In this document: positions 1 through 8,668 of the stretch, piece by piece
How the letters are laid out: each line of letters opens with the position of its first letter
How positions within the stretch are numbered: position 1 is the stretch's first letter
Sequence record: NC_048779.1
DNA length: 64,000 nt
Reading direction: 5' to 3' (one strand)
Made by a program: the position numbers and the translations under genes
The notes under the pieces: model-generated
Told to the model about the DNA's origin: nothing
The model's input: only the letters and a program-made list of their open reading frames with translations
The model's database searches: none

Positions 1-1306
1 ACGATAGGTTAGCTTCGAAATCCACAATCATACGGTCGTGAATCATTTCTGCGTTGTACTTAGTGTAGAATTGTGCAAGCAGTGTTTCAGTTGCTTGTGT
101 CGCCAAGTATTGCCAATCAGGGTCTTTATCCACCATAGGTGCAGACTCACCCATTTGATATAATACAGGTAGACCGTTGATGACAATTTGACCCATGCCT
201 TGTTGCACATCATTGGTTGCACGAATGCTCAGATAAGATAGTCGATGACCATCCAGAATGGCATTGGCGATGTTGTTAAGCTCAGAACACACCAGTGTTT
301 CGAATGTAGAACCGCCCATAGCGTTAGAACTATAACGATGGTCAGCAACATCAAAACTACTCACGTCTGTTAGTTGGGCGTTGGTCACTTGGTAGAAGTT
401 CTCAAATACCGTTGCGATCTCACTCATACTAAATCCAACGAAGTTAGCCATGTTCACATAACCAAGTTCACGACGCATTACACGGATAAACGGGTTATCT
501 TCCAATGACACTTCACGGATACTGCTAAGACCAGTCGCCATGGAAATAGCTTCATAGCGGTCTTGACGCTTCTCGTTCTCAAACGACGCCGTTGCTGCTG
601 CCGTTAAGATTTTGTTTGCGTAATCCACCGTGGATTGGTTATTAGACTTGGAGATGTTCATACCCGCAGTTTGTAACATACCGGTACTTGAACCACCAAA
701 GCCGTCTAACATACCCGAAGGTTGTTCGTCATCGTCAAAGGCTGCAAAGGCTGATGCAGAGTTGATCACGTCTACCGGACGGATAGTGTGTAGTCCGTTA
801 TTAGGATTACCCATTGAGTTAGGGTCGTTCAACAAGTAAGTACCTGATTGTGACATCATACGACTTTCTTGTGGAAACCCGGTATGGTCGGTAGCTACAG
901 CGGTTTCCACCATCCACATGCGGACAGGGACAAACATCGCGTCAGCTGGTAACGCACCACCGGTGTCAGCCGGTGAACCCCCATACATGTAACCGTATAC
1001 TGTCAAGGTTTGCGCTTGCACCGGTGAAGCACCGTTGATAGCGAATTCAAAACTTGCTAGACCACGGGATGTTTGCCAGCCATCCTCGATGCCCGCTACA
1101 CCGGACGCTTGAGTCGCAACGCCACCAGAACGAGCTGCGATGTTGTTCATTTCCGATGGAGCCACTAATGAAGTATTACCTAGACGAGCACCAAGTAATT
1201 GGTTGGTGTCATCACCAGATAGGTTTAAAGAGTGCGCACGCATGTAGTGGTCGTGGTATTGGCTAGATAGACCGATAGTAGCGCGGATAAGTGCTAGTTG
1301 TGCCAT
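1..1306 (-). CDS. picA: Partial CDS (3' end runs off window); probable phage-nucleus import factor PicA/Imp1 (phiKZ gp69-like)
   Basis: Starts ATG at 1306 (MAQLALIRATIGLSSQYHDHYMRAH...) and is in frame with the window edge; missing from the ORF track because it has no stop here. Identity inferred only from synteny: it follows the gp68-like gene in the phiKZ order gp65(SbcD)-66-67-68-69. Confidence 0.55.
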   Translation of the reverse strand, partial: MAQLALIRATIGLSSQYHDHYMRAHSLNLSGDDTNQLLGARLGNTSLVAPSEMNNIAARSGGVATQASGVAGIEDGWQTSRGLASFEFAINGASPVQAQTLTVYGYMYGGSPADTGGALPADAMFVPVRMWMVETAVATDHTGFPQESRMMSQSGTYLLNDPNSMGNPNNGLHTIRPVDVINSASAFAAFDDDEQPSGMLDGFGGSSTGMLQTAGMNISKSNNQSTVDYANKILTAAATASFENEKRQDRYEAISMATGLSSIREVSLEDNPFIRVMRRELGYVNMANFVGFSMSEIATVFENFYQVTNAQLTDVSSFDVADHRYSSNAMGGSTFETLVCSELNNIANAILDGHRLSYLSIRATNDVQQGMGQIVINGLPVLYQMGESAPMVDKDPDWQYLATQATETLLAQFYTKYNAEMIHDRMIVDFEANLS

Positions 1307-1356
1307 GGTTGGGTTTCCTTAATTTCGTTTTAAACGTTAATGATAAATACAAACTC

Positions 1357-2931
1357 TTACGAGTTAAGTTCTTTGATTAGGTTGAGGAATTCAGTTTTTA
1401 GGGATCGGTCGAGTTCAACTTCGAACAAGTCACCTTGGTCGGCGTTACTCATTATCGCTTCATCACCCAACATGTTAGGTTCGATGATAGAAGACCATTG
1501 ACCGTTACCTAAGTTCTTCAAGAAGTCATTCGCTCCGATAACGGCTTCGTTATCTGTGGTTAGTGTGGATTGACCACGATACACTGCACAGATCGATTCT
1601 AACATTTCTTTATCTGCACTGTCTAATGAGAAAATTTCATCAGTTAAGCTACGTGGTTGGGTTTCGTCATAAACCGTGCACACAAGAGTTGCTAACTTAG
1701 GATAGCCCATCTCGTGAAGTTTTACAGTGGCTAATGAGAGCGCAGCCATCAACTGATAATGATCTAACGACAGGTAGATGTTGTAAGAAATGTCTTCTTG
1801 GAAAACCAATTGGAGTAGTGTGTAGATGTGTGGTTGTAGTTCGAACTCCCAGTTACTTGGAATTTGGTCGTACACCCACTCTACCAGTTTGACGTTCTCG
1901 ATTTTTAATCCCGAAGCCGGGATGTCAAAACGTTCAGTATGTCTCGGGTTGTCTTCGCAATCAAACAAGCCCATGGAGAAAAACTCAGCATGTGATTCTT
2001 CATCTGCCGAACTCACTTCTTCTTTAAGGAAGTAGATCTCGTACAGACTGCGTTTCTCATTCATCTCATCTTTGGTGGTGAGTTTCTTTTCACGGATACG
2101 AGACGATGGTGCCGAGAACTGTTTGGCTACGGAGTACAAAGACTTGGCGATGTTCTTGCTGTTGTCTAAAGAAGGAATGTGGGTTGAACCGAGTCGGCTA
2201 AACAACGCAGAATAAAATGCGTGGTTCACATACGAGTCTTCAGAAATCAAGGACAATTGTAAAGAGTTCACACCATTGGTCGAATAAAAGTAATTCATGT
2301 AATTACGAATCTTGATCCAACCATGATGGTTAGTGAACACATCAAAGTCTTTGAATAGTCCAGCGGTTACCACTTCTTTGTATTCGTCACCGGTGATCTC
2401 TTTTGCTTTTTGCATCATCCCAGAGATGATTGGGAAACTTGGTCGCATCAATAATGCGAGTTCAGCTACTTGCTCATACTCCGTTGGGTTGATGGTTTGC
2501 TCAGCGTGGTACTCACCACGAGATACCGTTTCGCGCAGCCCTCTAGGAGGAGCACAAACACCTGATTGTTTTAAGTAATACGAGTAGTTACGCAGATCAA
2601 CAGATTCGTAGAGTTCACGAACCAATGGAATTAAACGGTCGATCAAATAACGGTAATCACGATGGTTACGTAATAGCTCGTCATCCTTACCTAACGTTTC
2701 TGCGTAATCAGGTTCAAGGATTCCCTTAGCTCGCTTAAAGACATCAAACATTTTGTCCAGTCGGGCTTCTGGGATGGATTTGAAATACTCATTCGTGTGA
2801 ATGAATAAATCGCCATCAGAGTCCCCACAATGAATCTTACTGTGGGCAGCGAAATTGATGGTTTCGCCTTTGTGGGAGACCACGATCCCTTTAAATTGAG
2901 AACGGGTTTTATTGGTAATGTGAAATTCCAT
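1357..2931 (-). CDS. Non-virion RNA polymerase promoter-specificity subunit (phiKZ gp68-like), 524 aa
   Basis: Length and position two genes downstream of the gp66-like gene in the Chimalliviridae core block; no diagnostic motif recognised. Confidence 0.65.
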   Translation of the reverse strand: MEFHITNKTRSQFKGIVVSHKGETINFAAHSKIHCGDSDGDLFIHTNEYFKSIPEARLDKMFDVFKRAKGILEPDYAETLGKDDELLRNHRDYRYLIDRLIPLVRELYESVDLRNYSYYLKQSGVCAPPRGLRETVSRGEYHAEQTINPTEYEQVAELALLMRPSFPIISGMMQKAKEITGDEYKEVVTAGLFKDFDVFTNHHGWIKIRNYMNYFYSTNGVNSLQLSLISEDSYVNHAFYSALFSRLGSTHIPSLDNSKNIAKSLYSVAKQFSAPSSRIREKKLTTKDEMNEKRSLYEIYFLKEEVSSADEESHAEFFSMGLFDCEDNPRHTERFDIPASGLKIENVKLVEWVYDQIPSNWEFELQPHIYTLLQLVFQEDISYNIYLSLDHYQLMAALSLATVKLHEMGYPKLATLVCTVYDETQPRSLTDEIFSLDSADKEMLESICAVYRGQSTLTTDNEAVIGANDFLKNLGNGQWSSIIEPNMLGDEAIMSNADQGDLFEVELDRSLKTEFLNLIKELNS

Positions 2932-2958
2932 GTTTAATCTCCTATGGATTACCCTAAG

Positions 2959-2966
2959 ATAATGTA
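2959..2966 (-). promoter_or_regulatory. Candidate early (vRNAP-type) promoter TACATTAT
   Basis: Resembles the phiKZ early consensus TATATTAC; lies between a terminator and the ATG at 2931. Confidence 0.5.
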
Positions 2967-2997
2967 GGTTTGAAATAATTTAGCAAAAGCATAAGAG

Positions 2998-3021
2998 GAA
3001 GAGGGACCGAAGCCCCTCTTC
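2998..3021 (-). terminator. Intrinsic terminator with cUUCGg tetraloop
   Basis: Minus strand GAAGAGGG-GC-TTCG-GT-CCCTCTTC followed by a T-rich tract, just after the chmC stop. Confidence 0.75.
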
Positions 3022-3044
3022 AGAACTACTTATCAAAAAGTAAA

Positions 3045-3761
3045 TTAGAAGTCGATATCGTCGAAGTTATCACCGCCGCCATTACCGCCGTTGTTGTTAT
3101 TACCCCAACCGCCGTTGTTGTTGTTACCACCATTATTGTTGTTGTTCCAGTTATTGTTCTTAGGCTTAGGTGGTTGGTAGATTTCCATTTCTTTCGTGTT
3201 AAGAATGCCGCCCATGCGTTTCACGTAAGAACGAACCCACATTTGTGACATCTTGCCTTCTTTAGAAACCCACTCACCGTTTTCAAAGAACTTAAGTTCT
3301 GAGTGACCCGGAGCTGAGAACACGAACAGAATTTTGTAATCACCACGAGTGTAACCCATCGAGATAACACCGTTTTGATCACGGATGACAGTGAACTGAC
3401 CTTGTGCTATTGGTTGGTCTGAAAGCTTAGACTGACCGTTTTGACGAACGAACTGGTGTTTCTTGATGGTGTACTGACCTTTAGTAAACGTCTCATCGTT
3501 TGCTGCTTCTAGCAACAGTTCAAAGATCATGTTACGGTCAGATGCTTCCATCTCACATTCTTTCTTTTTGTACGCTTGTTGGTCGTTAGGATTGTAGCGT
3601 TTATCATCCGCTTTGAACAATACCTTACCGTTGTTAGCAAATTCCCATAATGCTTGACCCGGGAACTTAGCACCTTCCACTGGTTGTGCTGTTTGAGGGT
3701 GAACACCGTAGTAGTCGTTCAGTGGAGTTTTTACGCGTGCGTTGCCGTTTTGTTGAGACAT
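3045..3761 (-). CDS. chmC: ChmC-like nucleic-acid-binding protein (phiKZ gp67-like) with N/G-rich disordered tail
   Basis: 238 aa; globular N-terminus plus low-complexity tail NNNWNNNNNGGNNNNGGWGNNNNGG...FDDIDF; lies immediately upstream of the gp68-like gene. Confidence 0.65.
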   Translation of the reverse strand: MSQQNGNARVKTPLNDYYGVHPQTAQPVEGAKFPGQALWEFANNGKVLFKADDKRYNPNDQQAYKKKECEMEASDRNMIFELLLEAANDETFTKGQYTIKKHQFVRQNGQSKLSDQPIAQGQFTVIRDQNGVISMGYTRGDYKILFVFSAPGHSELKFFENGEWVSKEGKMSQMWVRSYVKRMGGILNTKEMEIYQPPKPKNNNWNNNNNGGNNNNGGWGNNNNGGNGGGDNFDDIDF

Positions 3762-3834
3762 AGTCTTTTCTGCCTTAAATTGAATTAGTTAAAAATTTGG
3801 TTTTGTGCTAATAAAGGTGCACTGGGGTGAAGGC

Positions 3835-4632
3835 TTACCAGAATAAGAGTAATCCTTTTTTGTCTACACCCGTTAAATATGTGTTGATCGAACTACGGCA
3901 TCGTTGCGGAGTAGTCGCTGATGTCCAACCCGCTTTAACCGCTAGATCTCGCACCAGCTTTTTGATCGCATTACTCTGACCTAGGAAGTTCACTGAGTTA
4001 TCCCCGAACACTTGGATGGTCATTCGGTTTAGTGGGATGTTGTAGTTGGCTGTTTCTTTACCGGTGAGTTTGCTGTTCCATTGCAAATATGGCTTAACGA
4101 CACCAGAATGGGATTCAAGCAACGTTAATCGACCCCAACTTTCAGTGTCTGCGATATCGATCGGATGGTGAGTAATAACGAGACCTTTACCTTTGAACGT
4201 CGGGAGGCCAACATCCGTAAGTGTCACTAGTGACGAATGGTCTTTAATAAAAGACTTCGCCACTTTTTCATATAAATCATTCAACGCTATCTGTTTAGCC
4301 GTTCTTGGTTTCCAGATATTGGCGTGTGGATACTTTTGACCTAAAGACTTATATGAAGGGTAATAGATCTCGACGTGGATAACTGAACGAGGAGCAATCT
4401 CAGTAATAGCCGAAGCTATTTGTTTAATATCCTCTAACAATGCCGACTTTAAAACATCAACGTCCTCTATTTGAGGATCGTCTTTAGAGAACGCACCGCG
4501 TACGTTACGTATCAAGGTGCGTAAATTAATTAAGAAAGTGTCAGCCTTAGGGATGGCGTGTTTTCCCTCCTCTCCCTCAAAGGCTAGCGCAGTCCCGACA
4601 GACATCGGGAGTATTTCACCTAAGGTTCTCAT
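3835..4632 (-). CDS. Conserved jumbo-phage protein (phiKZ gp66-like), possible nuclease fold
   Basis: 265 aa; 4-nt overlap with sbcD; DTFLINLRTLIRN N-terminal motif. The nuclease idea is a guess. Confidence 0.6.
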   Translation of the reverse strand: MRTLGEILPMSVGTALAFEGEEGKHAIPKADTFLINLRTLIRNVRGAFSKDDPQIEDVDVLKSALLEDIKQIASAITEIAPRSVIHVEIYYPSYKSLGQKYPHANIWKPRTAKQIALNDLYEKVAKSFIKDHSSLVTLTDVGLPTFKGKGLVITHHPIDIADTESWGRLTLLESHSGVVKPYLQWNSKLTGKETANYNIPLNRMTIQVFGDNSVNFLGQSNAIKKLVRDLAVKAGWTSATTPQRCRSSINTYLTGVDKKGLLLFW

Positions 4633-5753
4633 AAGAATTCCTCTAATAATTCCAAGGCACCATTCATTAGATTTTGATCTGTACGTTCTTCGATCATGTA
4701 TTGACGAAGGTGTTCAGAGAAGTTACCTTTTGTTAAAGTCACTCCCTCGTAAGTCAAATCGTTCATGATGTCTGGGGAGATGAGTTTGTCCACTTGACTG
4801 GAAGAGTCGATATCAAAGAAATATTGCGGATAGCTACCCTTTAGGTATTCCGCCACTCCTTTGATCAACGCCCCGTTCTTACCACGTAACTGGATGCGGC
4901 TTTTAGGAATCGGGTTCTTCAGTTTGATCAACCGATTCACTTTGTCCAACAACGATTCATTATCATCATCGGGATGCTGCAATACACGTAGATAAGGCAG
5001 GGCGTTTTTATTCTCCCAAAATTTAGTTTCACACCAATCACTTTCCGGTTCCCACCAGAATTCGTAGCCCCCTTTAGGATGTTCCTCACCATGGTTGATA
5101 CGGTCAAACGAACCACTGACTCGTATTTTTCCGTACTCCGATGGTTTGTGAACATGCCCTGCAAACAAATGACGCTTTACGATAGACTGCCAGCGAGTTT
5201 CAGAATGTGAGTGTTTACTAAACTTAAGGGGAATTTGGTACTCAAACGCACCATGGAAGAAAACGTAATCAACTTCTTTCTTACCATTAGCCGCCAGTAT
5301 CTCTAAGGTCTTGTCCCAGATGATATCAGGGGAAAGTCCACCCATGTTATCCGGGACATAAAAGACATCTATCCCAAGTTTCTCTATGCGCTCGTATGAA
5401 AGCTCTTTCACCCATTTAAGGTCTAACCCTTCGGGACATTGAACAACAAAGTTCTCAGGCTGTTCACGGTCGTGTGAGGACGTACCTTCAAGCACCCTCA
5501 CAATCACGTTGTGCTCCAAACATTCCAATAAGAACTTTCTAATCCAGTGTTGGGTTAATCGCATGTCTGGGTGAGAAGCGTCGACCAAACGCTCATAAAA
5601 GTCTCCACCGAATACAACGATGTCCACTTCTTCTAAATTGTGACTACGGGTCAAAAACTGACTTGAGTTGTACAGTATGTGACTAGTCGGGGTCTTACTA
5701 TGTAGGTTATGTTGGTCACTGAACCATAACCCGAAAAAGCGGTTGTCTTGCAT
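4629..5753 (-). CDS. sbcD: SbcD/Mre11-type metallophosphoesterase nuclease
   Basis: Calcineurin-like motifs FSDQH, GGDFY, EGTSSHD, FHG, AGHVH, SGSF. Confidence 0.9.
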   Translation of the reverse strand: MQDNRFFGLWFSDQHNLHSKTPTSHILYNSSQFLTRSHNLEEVDIVVFGGDFYERLVDASHPDMRLTQHWIRKFLLECLEHNVIVRVLEGTSSHDREQPENFVVQCPEGLDLKWVKELSYERIEKLGIDVFYVPDNMGGLSPDIIWDKTLEILAANGKKEVDYVFFHGAFEYQIPLKFSKHSHSETRWQSIVKRHLFAGHVHKPSEYGKIRVSGSFDRINHGEEHPKGGYEFWWEPESDWCETKFWENKNALPYLRVLQHPDDDNESLLDKVNRLIKLKNPIPKSRIQLRGKNGALIKGVAEYLKGSYPQYFFDIDSSSQVDKLISPDIMNDLTYEGVTLTKGNFSEHLRQYMIEERTDQNLMNGALELLEEFL

Positions 5754-5774
5754 AGTTATTATTCGCCAATCTAA

Positions 5775-6662
5775 TTAGTTTTCAAATGGATCAAAGTCCT
5801 CGCTGTTAGATGGCGACTCTGGTGAAATTTCACTCGGTTCATTTACGGGAACATAATCAGGTGGTGTGAATTCTCCTTCTGTTAAGATTTCCATAAAGAT
5901 CAATTGTTCTTGGGTGAGTGCGACTTTATTATGGATGTTAGTGAAGACACTCTTCGCCATTTCCCAGTCTTCTTTAATGTCCGGGTTCAATCCATACATG
6001 TCACGACAATAGATCATCGAACGTTTGATGTAAGGTACCACACCGTATTTCGTGTAGAACCATTCAGGAATTAAGTGTGTGACCGTAATGGTCTCGTCAC
6101 TAATGTGGGTTTTGATGAGCTCTGAAGTTTGACGGACGATTTCTTTGGCACGGTGGGCGTCACCAGTTTGTTCGGCTGAGCTCGCATTGGTGAAGTTTTT
6201 ATGAGCGAGGTCAAGAACGTACTGTTCTGTTTCATTTAACTGGATACGAGACAAAGGTGGAATAACAAAGATGGCTTCACCTTTATCATCTACAATCACA
6301 ACACCGCGCTGATGCCCGTGAGTTAATTCACCCCAAGCTCTGGCATCAAAGTAATTAGTAGGTCCAACGAAACCCAATGCAAATTGATCCAACCAACGGT
6401 TAACGAATGCTTTTTCATGGATGGTAGTGTCAGAGATAACATAACCGCCCGCTGGGTCTTTTAATGCGTATTGGTCGTCGACTTTAACCAGTTTTAAGTC
6501 CCCAATCCAGCCGAACGATTCGTTTAAGCTTGGACGGTGTTTTTCGTCCACTACACGAACTCGATCAAGATAACGGAGGTCTTCATTACTGGCGATCTCG
6601 ATTTCTTCAATAACAGTATCTTCAGTGATATCTTCGATCATGTTAGGTTCTTGCTCTTGCAT
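5775..6662 (-). CDS. Conserved hypothetical protein, 295 aa
   Basis: Long ORF in the operon; acidic disordered termini. Confidence 0.8.
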   Translation of the reverse strand: MQEQEPNMIEDITEDTVIEEIEIASNEDLRYLDRVRVVDEKHRPSLNESFGWIGDLKLVKVDDQYALKDPAGGYVISDTTIHEKAFVNRWLDQFALGFVGPTNYFDARAWGELTHGHQRGVVIVDDKGEAIFVIPPLSRIQLNETEQYVLDLAHKNFTNASSAEQTGDAHRAKEIVRQTSELIKTHISDETITVTHLIPEWFYTKYGVVPYIKRSMIYCRDMYGLNPDIKEDWEMAKSVFTNIHNKVALTQEQLIFMEILTEGEFTPPDYVPVNEPSEISPESPSNSEDFDPFEN

Positions 6663-7065
6663 TGATGCGTCCTTGGTTAATGAGGTTAAACGTTTCGCCT
6701 GACACTTGGACAGCGGATCCTAAATCATACCATTGTCCGTCATGCTGAATAGAAACTTGTATATAAAGATGGAAACGACCATCTCGATCGTTTTCAAATC
6801 CTTCGGTGGAAGTCTGAACTTGTACGTTCTGGAACAACTCTTCAAAATGGAGTTTAAGGTTGCTTTGCACATCATCGGCAACACGCTGTTGGTTACCTTG
6901 GGCTTCTTTTAAGACCCACTCGAATGAATTTGTTTTTAAGATAGTCATGCCTTGGCTGCGACGAGATGCGAACCAATAAGCTAAGTGTCTGTCCATTGCG
7001 ACTTCGGTCGCCTCGGTAATATGCCCTAAAGTAGACATCGTACCGACTATGTAATCTTTAGCCAT
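6643..7065 (-). CDS. Conserved hypothetical protein, 140 aa
   Basis: ORF overlaps the next gene by 20 nt; core-block context. Confidence 0.75.
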   Translation of the reverse strand: MAKDYIVGTMSTLGHITEATEVAMDRHLAYWFASRRSQGMTILKTNSFEWVLKEAQGNQQRVADDVQSNLKLHFEELFQNVQVQTSTEGFENDRDGRFHLYIQVSIQHDGQWYDLGSAVQVSGETFNLINQGRINARART

Positions 7066-7102
7066 AATAAACCTAAAAAAAATAAAGAGGAGGAGGAATC
7101 CC

Positions 7103-7118
7103 CCTACCCGAAGGTAGG
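7103..7118 (-). terminator. Hairpin with cUUCGg loop after the 42-aa ORF
   Basis: Minus strand CCTAC-CTTCGG-GTAGG, followed downstream by TTTATTTTTTT. Confidence 0.6.
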
Positions 7119-7128
7119 AGGAAGTAAC

Positions 7129-7257
7129 TCACCAGTTACCGTAGTTAAACGATGTGTAAACACCCACCAAAAAGATGAGTGCAAACATACCGTTGCTACG
7201 CAACCAAGAAGTTTTAGTTTCAGTGTTTTTAGGTTGAACGTTCACGTAATCTTTCAT
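7129..7257 (-). CDS. 42-aa putative membrane microprotein (not in the ORF track)
   Basis: MKDYVNVQPKNTETKTSWLRSNGMFALIFLVGVYTSFNYGNW; SD GGAG upstream; own promoter motif and downstream hairpin. Confidence 0.65.
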   Translation of the reverse strand: MKDYVNVQPKNTETKTSWLRSNGMFALIFLVGVYTSFNYGNW

Positions 7258-7294
7258 GGGATCTCTCCAAAGTTTAAATAAATTAATTCATTTT

Positions 7295-7320
7295 ACACTT
7301 AGGTTATATAGACCTGAAAA
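7295..7320 (-). promoter_or_regulatory. Candidate phage promoter TTTTCAGGTCTATATAACCTAAGTGT
   Basis: 23/26 identical to 13740-13765 upstream of chimallin; core TATATAAC resembles the phiKZ early motif. Confidence 0.7.
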
Positions 7321-7330
7321 AGACTGTGTG

Positions 7331-7807
7331 TTAATTCTGACCTTCTGATAAAATTGGTTTTTCTATCGGCACTGTGTACAAACAACAATTGTAGAAAAAC
7401 TGTTGTCGACCCAATTCATCATAAACAGGTTGCTCGTCCTTCAACACGGGCCTGCGTACTCGTTTGAATTTAAACTCAAACGTAGGGACACGAGAACTCA
7501 ATAAAAGTTGTCCCAGACTCACACGCTTAGTACTCCCTCCTAGGGTGATACTAGGTCGGCTGGTATCAGCGGGATAGACCAATGCGGTCAAATCCCCTTC
7601 TTCATTGTAAATGAAGTTGGTTAGTTTTAATACCGCATGTTGAGGGTTGATTCGATCATCCAGAGGCTCTCCGTATTCAACTAATAAGAAACGTTTTTTC
7701 TCTGGTCTCTTCTTTAAGGTGCGTAGTAGTTTGGTGACGCTTAGATCTATTTGGTCTTTACGAAAAATAGTAAGTCGACGACGATTAACAATATTGACAG
7801 AACTCAT
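7331..7807 (-). CDS. Hypothetical protein (~158 aa; start revised to MSSVNIV)
   Basis: The ORF-track start at 7924 overlaps the upstream gene by 92 nt; ATG at 7807 has SD AGGAG. Confidence 0.7.
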   Translation of the reverse strand: MSSVNIVNRRRLTIFRKDQIDLSVTKLLRTLKKRPEKKRFLLVEYGEPLDDRINPQHAVLKLTNFIYNEEGDLTALVYPADTSRPSITLGGSTKRVSLGQLLLSSRVPTFEFKFKRVRRPVLKDEQPVYDELGRQQFFYNCCLYTVPIEKPILSEGQN

Positions 7808-7832
7808 AACTCTCCTAATAAAAAGAAGGGGA

Positions 7833-8489
7833 TTACTCCCCTTTATTTTGTTTGTCTTCCGCTTCTTTTGCTGAGGTGCGTAATTCACCTTCTGCATTAG
7901 TGAAGTCGAATAGACTATTAGCAAGATGATGGTTCACAGCAGTGCGGGTAGTTGCTAGATCATAGCGCTCACGGACACTCAAACCGGTTCCAGCGACGGA
8001 ATCATAGAAATGAGTAGTACGGGCTACGTTTTTGTCTTCCTGCTGTTCTAGTTGCAATAAGCCGTGCATTTGACGACGGTAGTAGATGTTGTCTTCACCC
8101 ACACCCGTACACCATTCACTGAACTCACCTTCCCAACCACTTAGTTCTCCTTCTTTGTAAAGGTCCATCACGCCCGGCATCGCCATGATGTAATCACGCA
8201 TGAATCCTTGAGAAGCTTGTAACATTTCCATTGAAGTCGCGACACCAATATCGTAGTAACCGATGTAGTGATCTTCGGCATTACCACGAATACGGCTCGC
8301 TAAATCCCAAGCTCGGGTGTTAACAAAGTTCTTAAAGGAATCCATAAAGTTAGAAGCACCTTCTCCTAACCAACCGCCTACGTTTTGAACCTGTTCAAAG
8401 TTCATCTGGATCATGTTCGCATAAGACTGCATTTGGTTGTCATGCACGATCCCCGATGTACCCATAGAGAAAGCTCGACACGTATTCAT
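7833..8489 (-). CDS. Conserved hypothetical protein, 218 aa
   Basis: Start overlaps the stop of RNAP exon 2 (translational coupling). Confidence 0.8.
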   Translation of the reverse strand: MNTCRAFSMGTSGIVHDNQMQSYANMIQMNFEQVQNVGGWLGEGASNFMDSFKNFVNTRAWDLASRIRGNAEDHYIGYYDIGVATSMEMLQASQGFMRDYIMAMPGVMDLYKEGELSGWEGEFSEWCTGVGEDNIYYRRQMHGLLQLEQQEDKNVARTTHFYDSVAGTGLSVRERYDLATTRTAVNHHLANSLFDFTNAEGELRTSAKEAEDKQNKGE

Positions 8490-8668
8490 TATTTGAACTC
8501 CAGTTTTCGCATTACGTTATTGATGTTCATCAAGTTAGTCGACGGTTGTTTGTAATGTCGACTGATTGAGAACGGTTTGTTTTCATCAAATACCGATTGG
8601 TGACCGAATGCACCATAACTCACCGCCTTAGATCTTAAGTCAGGTAAGAAGAATAGCGCCATCTGGTC
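8489..8668 (-). CDS. Exon 2 of nvRNAP beta' N-terminal subunit (phiKZ gp56.1-like), 59 aa
   Basis: Begins GAC CAG ATG (DQM) right after the intron-terminal G; joining to exon 1 restores NADFDGDQM. Confidence 0.9.
   Translation of the reverse strand, partial: DQMALFFLPDLRSKAVSYGAFGHQSVFDENKPFSISRHYKQPSTNLMNINNVMRKLEFK

Noticed and set aside
3045-3170. AAC/AAT-rich DNA repeat as a microsatellite element
   Set aside because: Explained by the Asn/Gly low-complexity protein tail.
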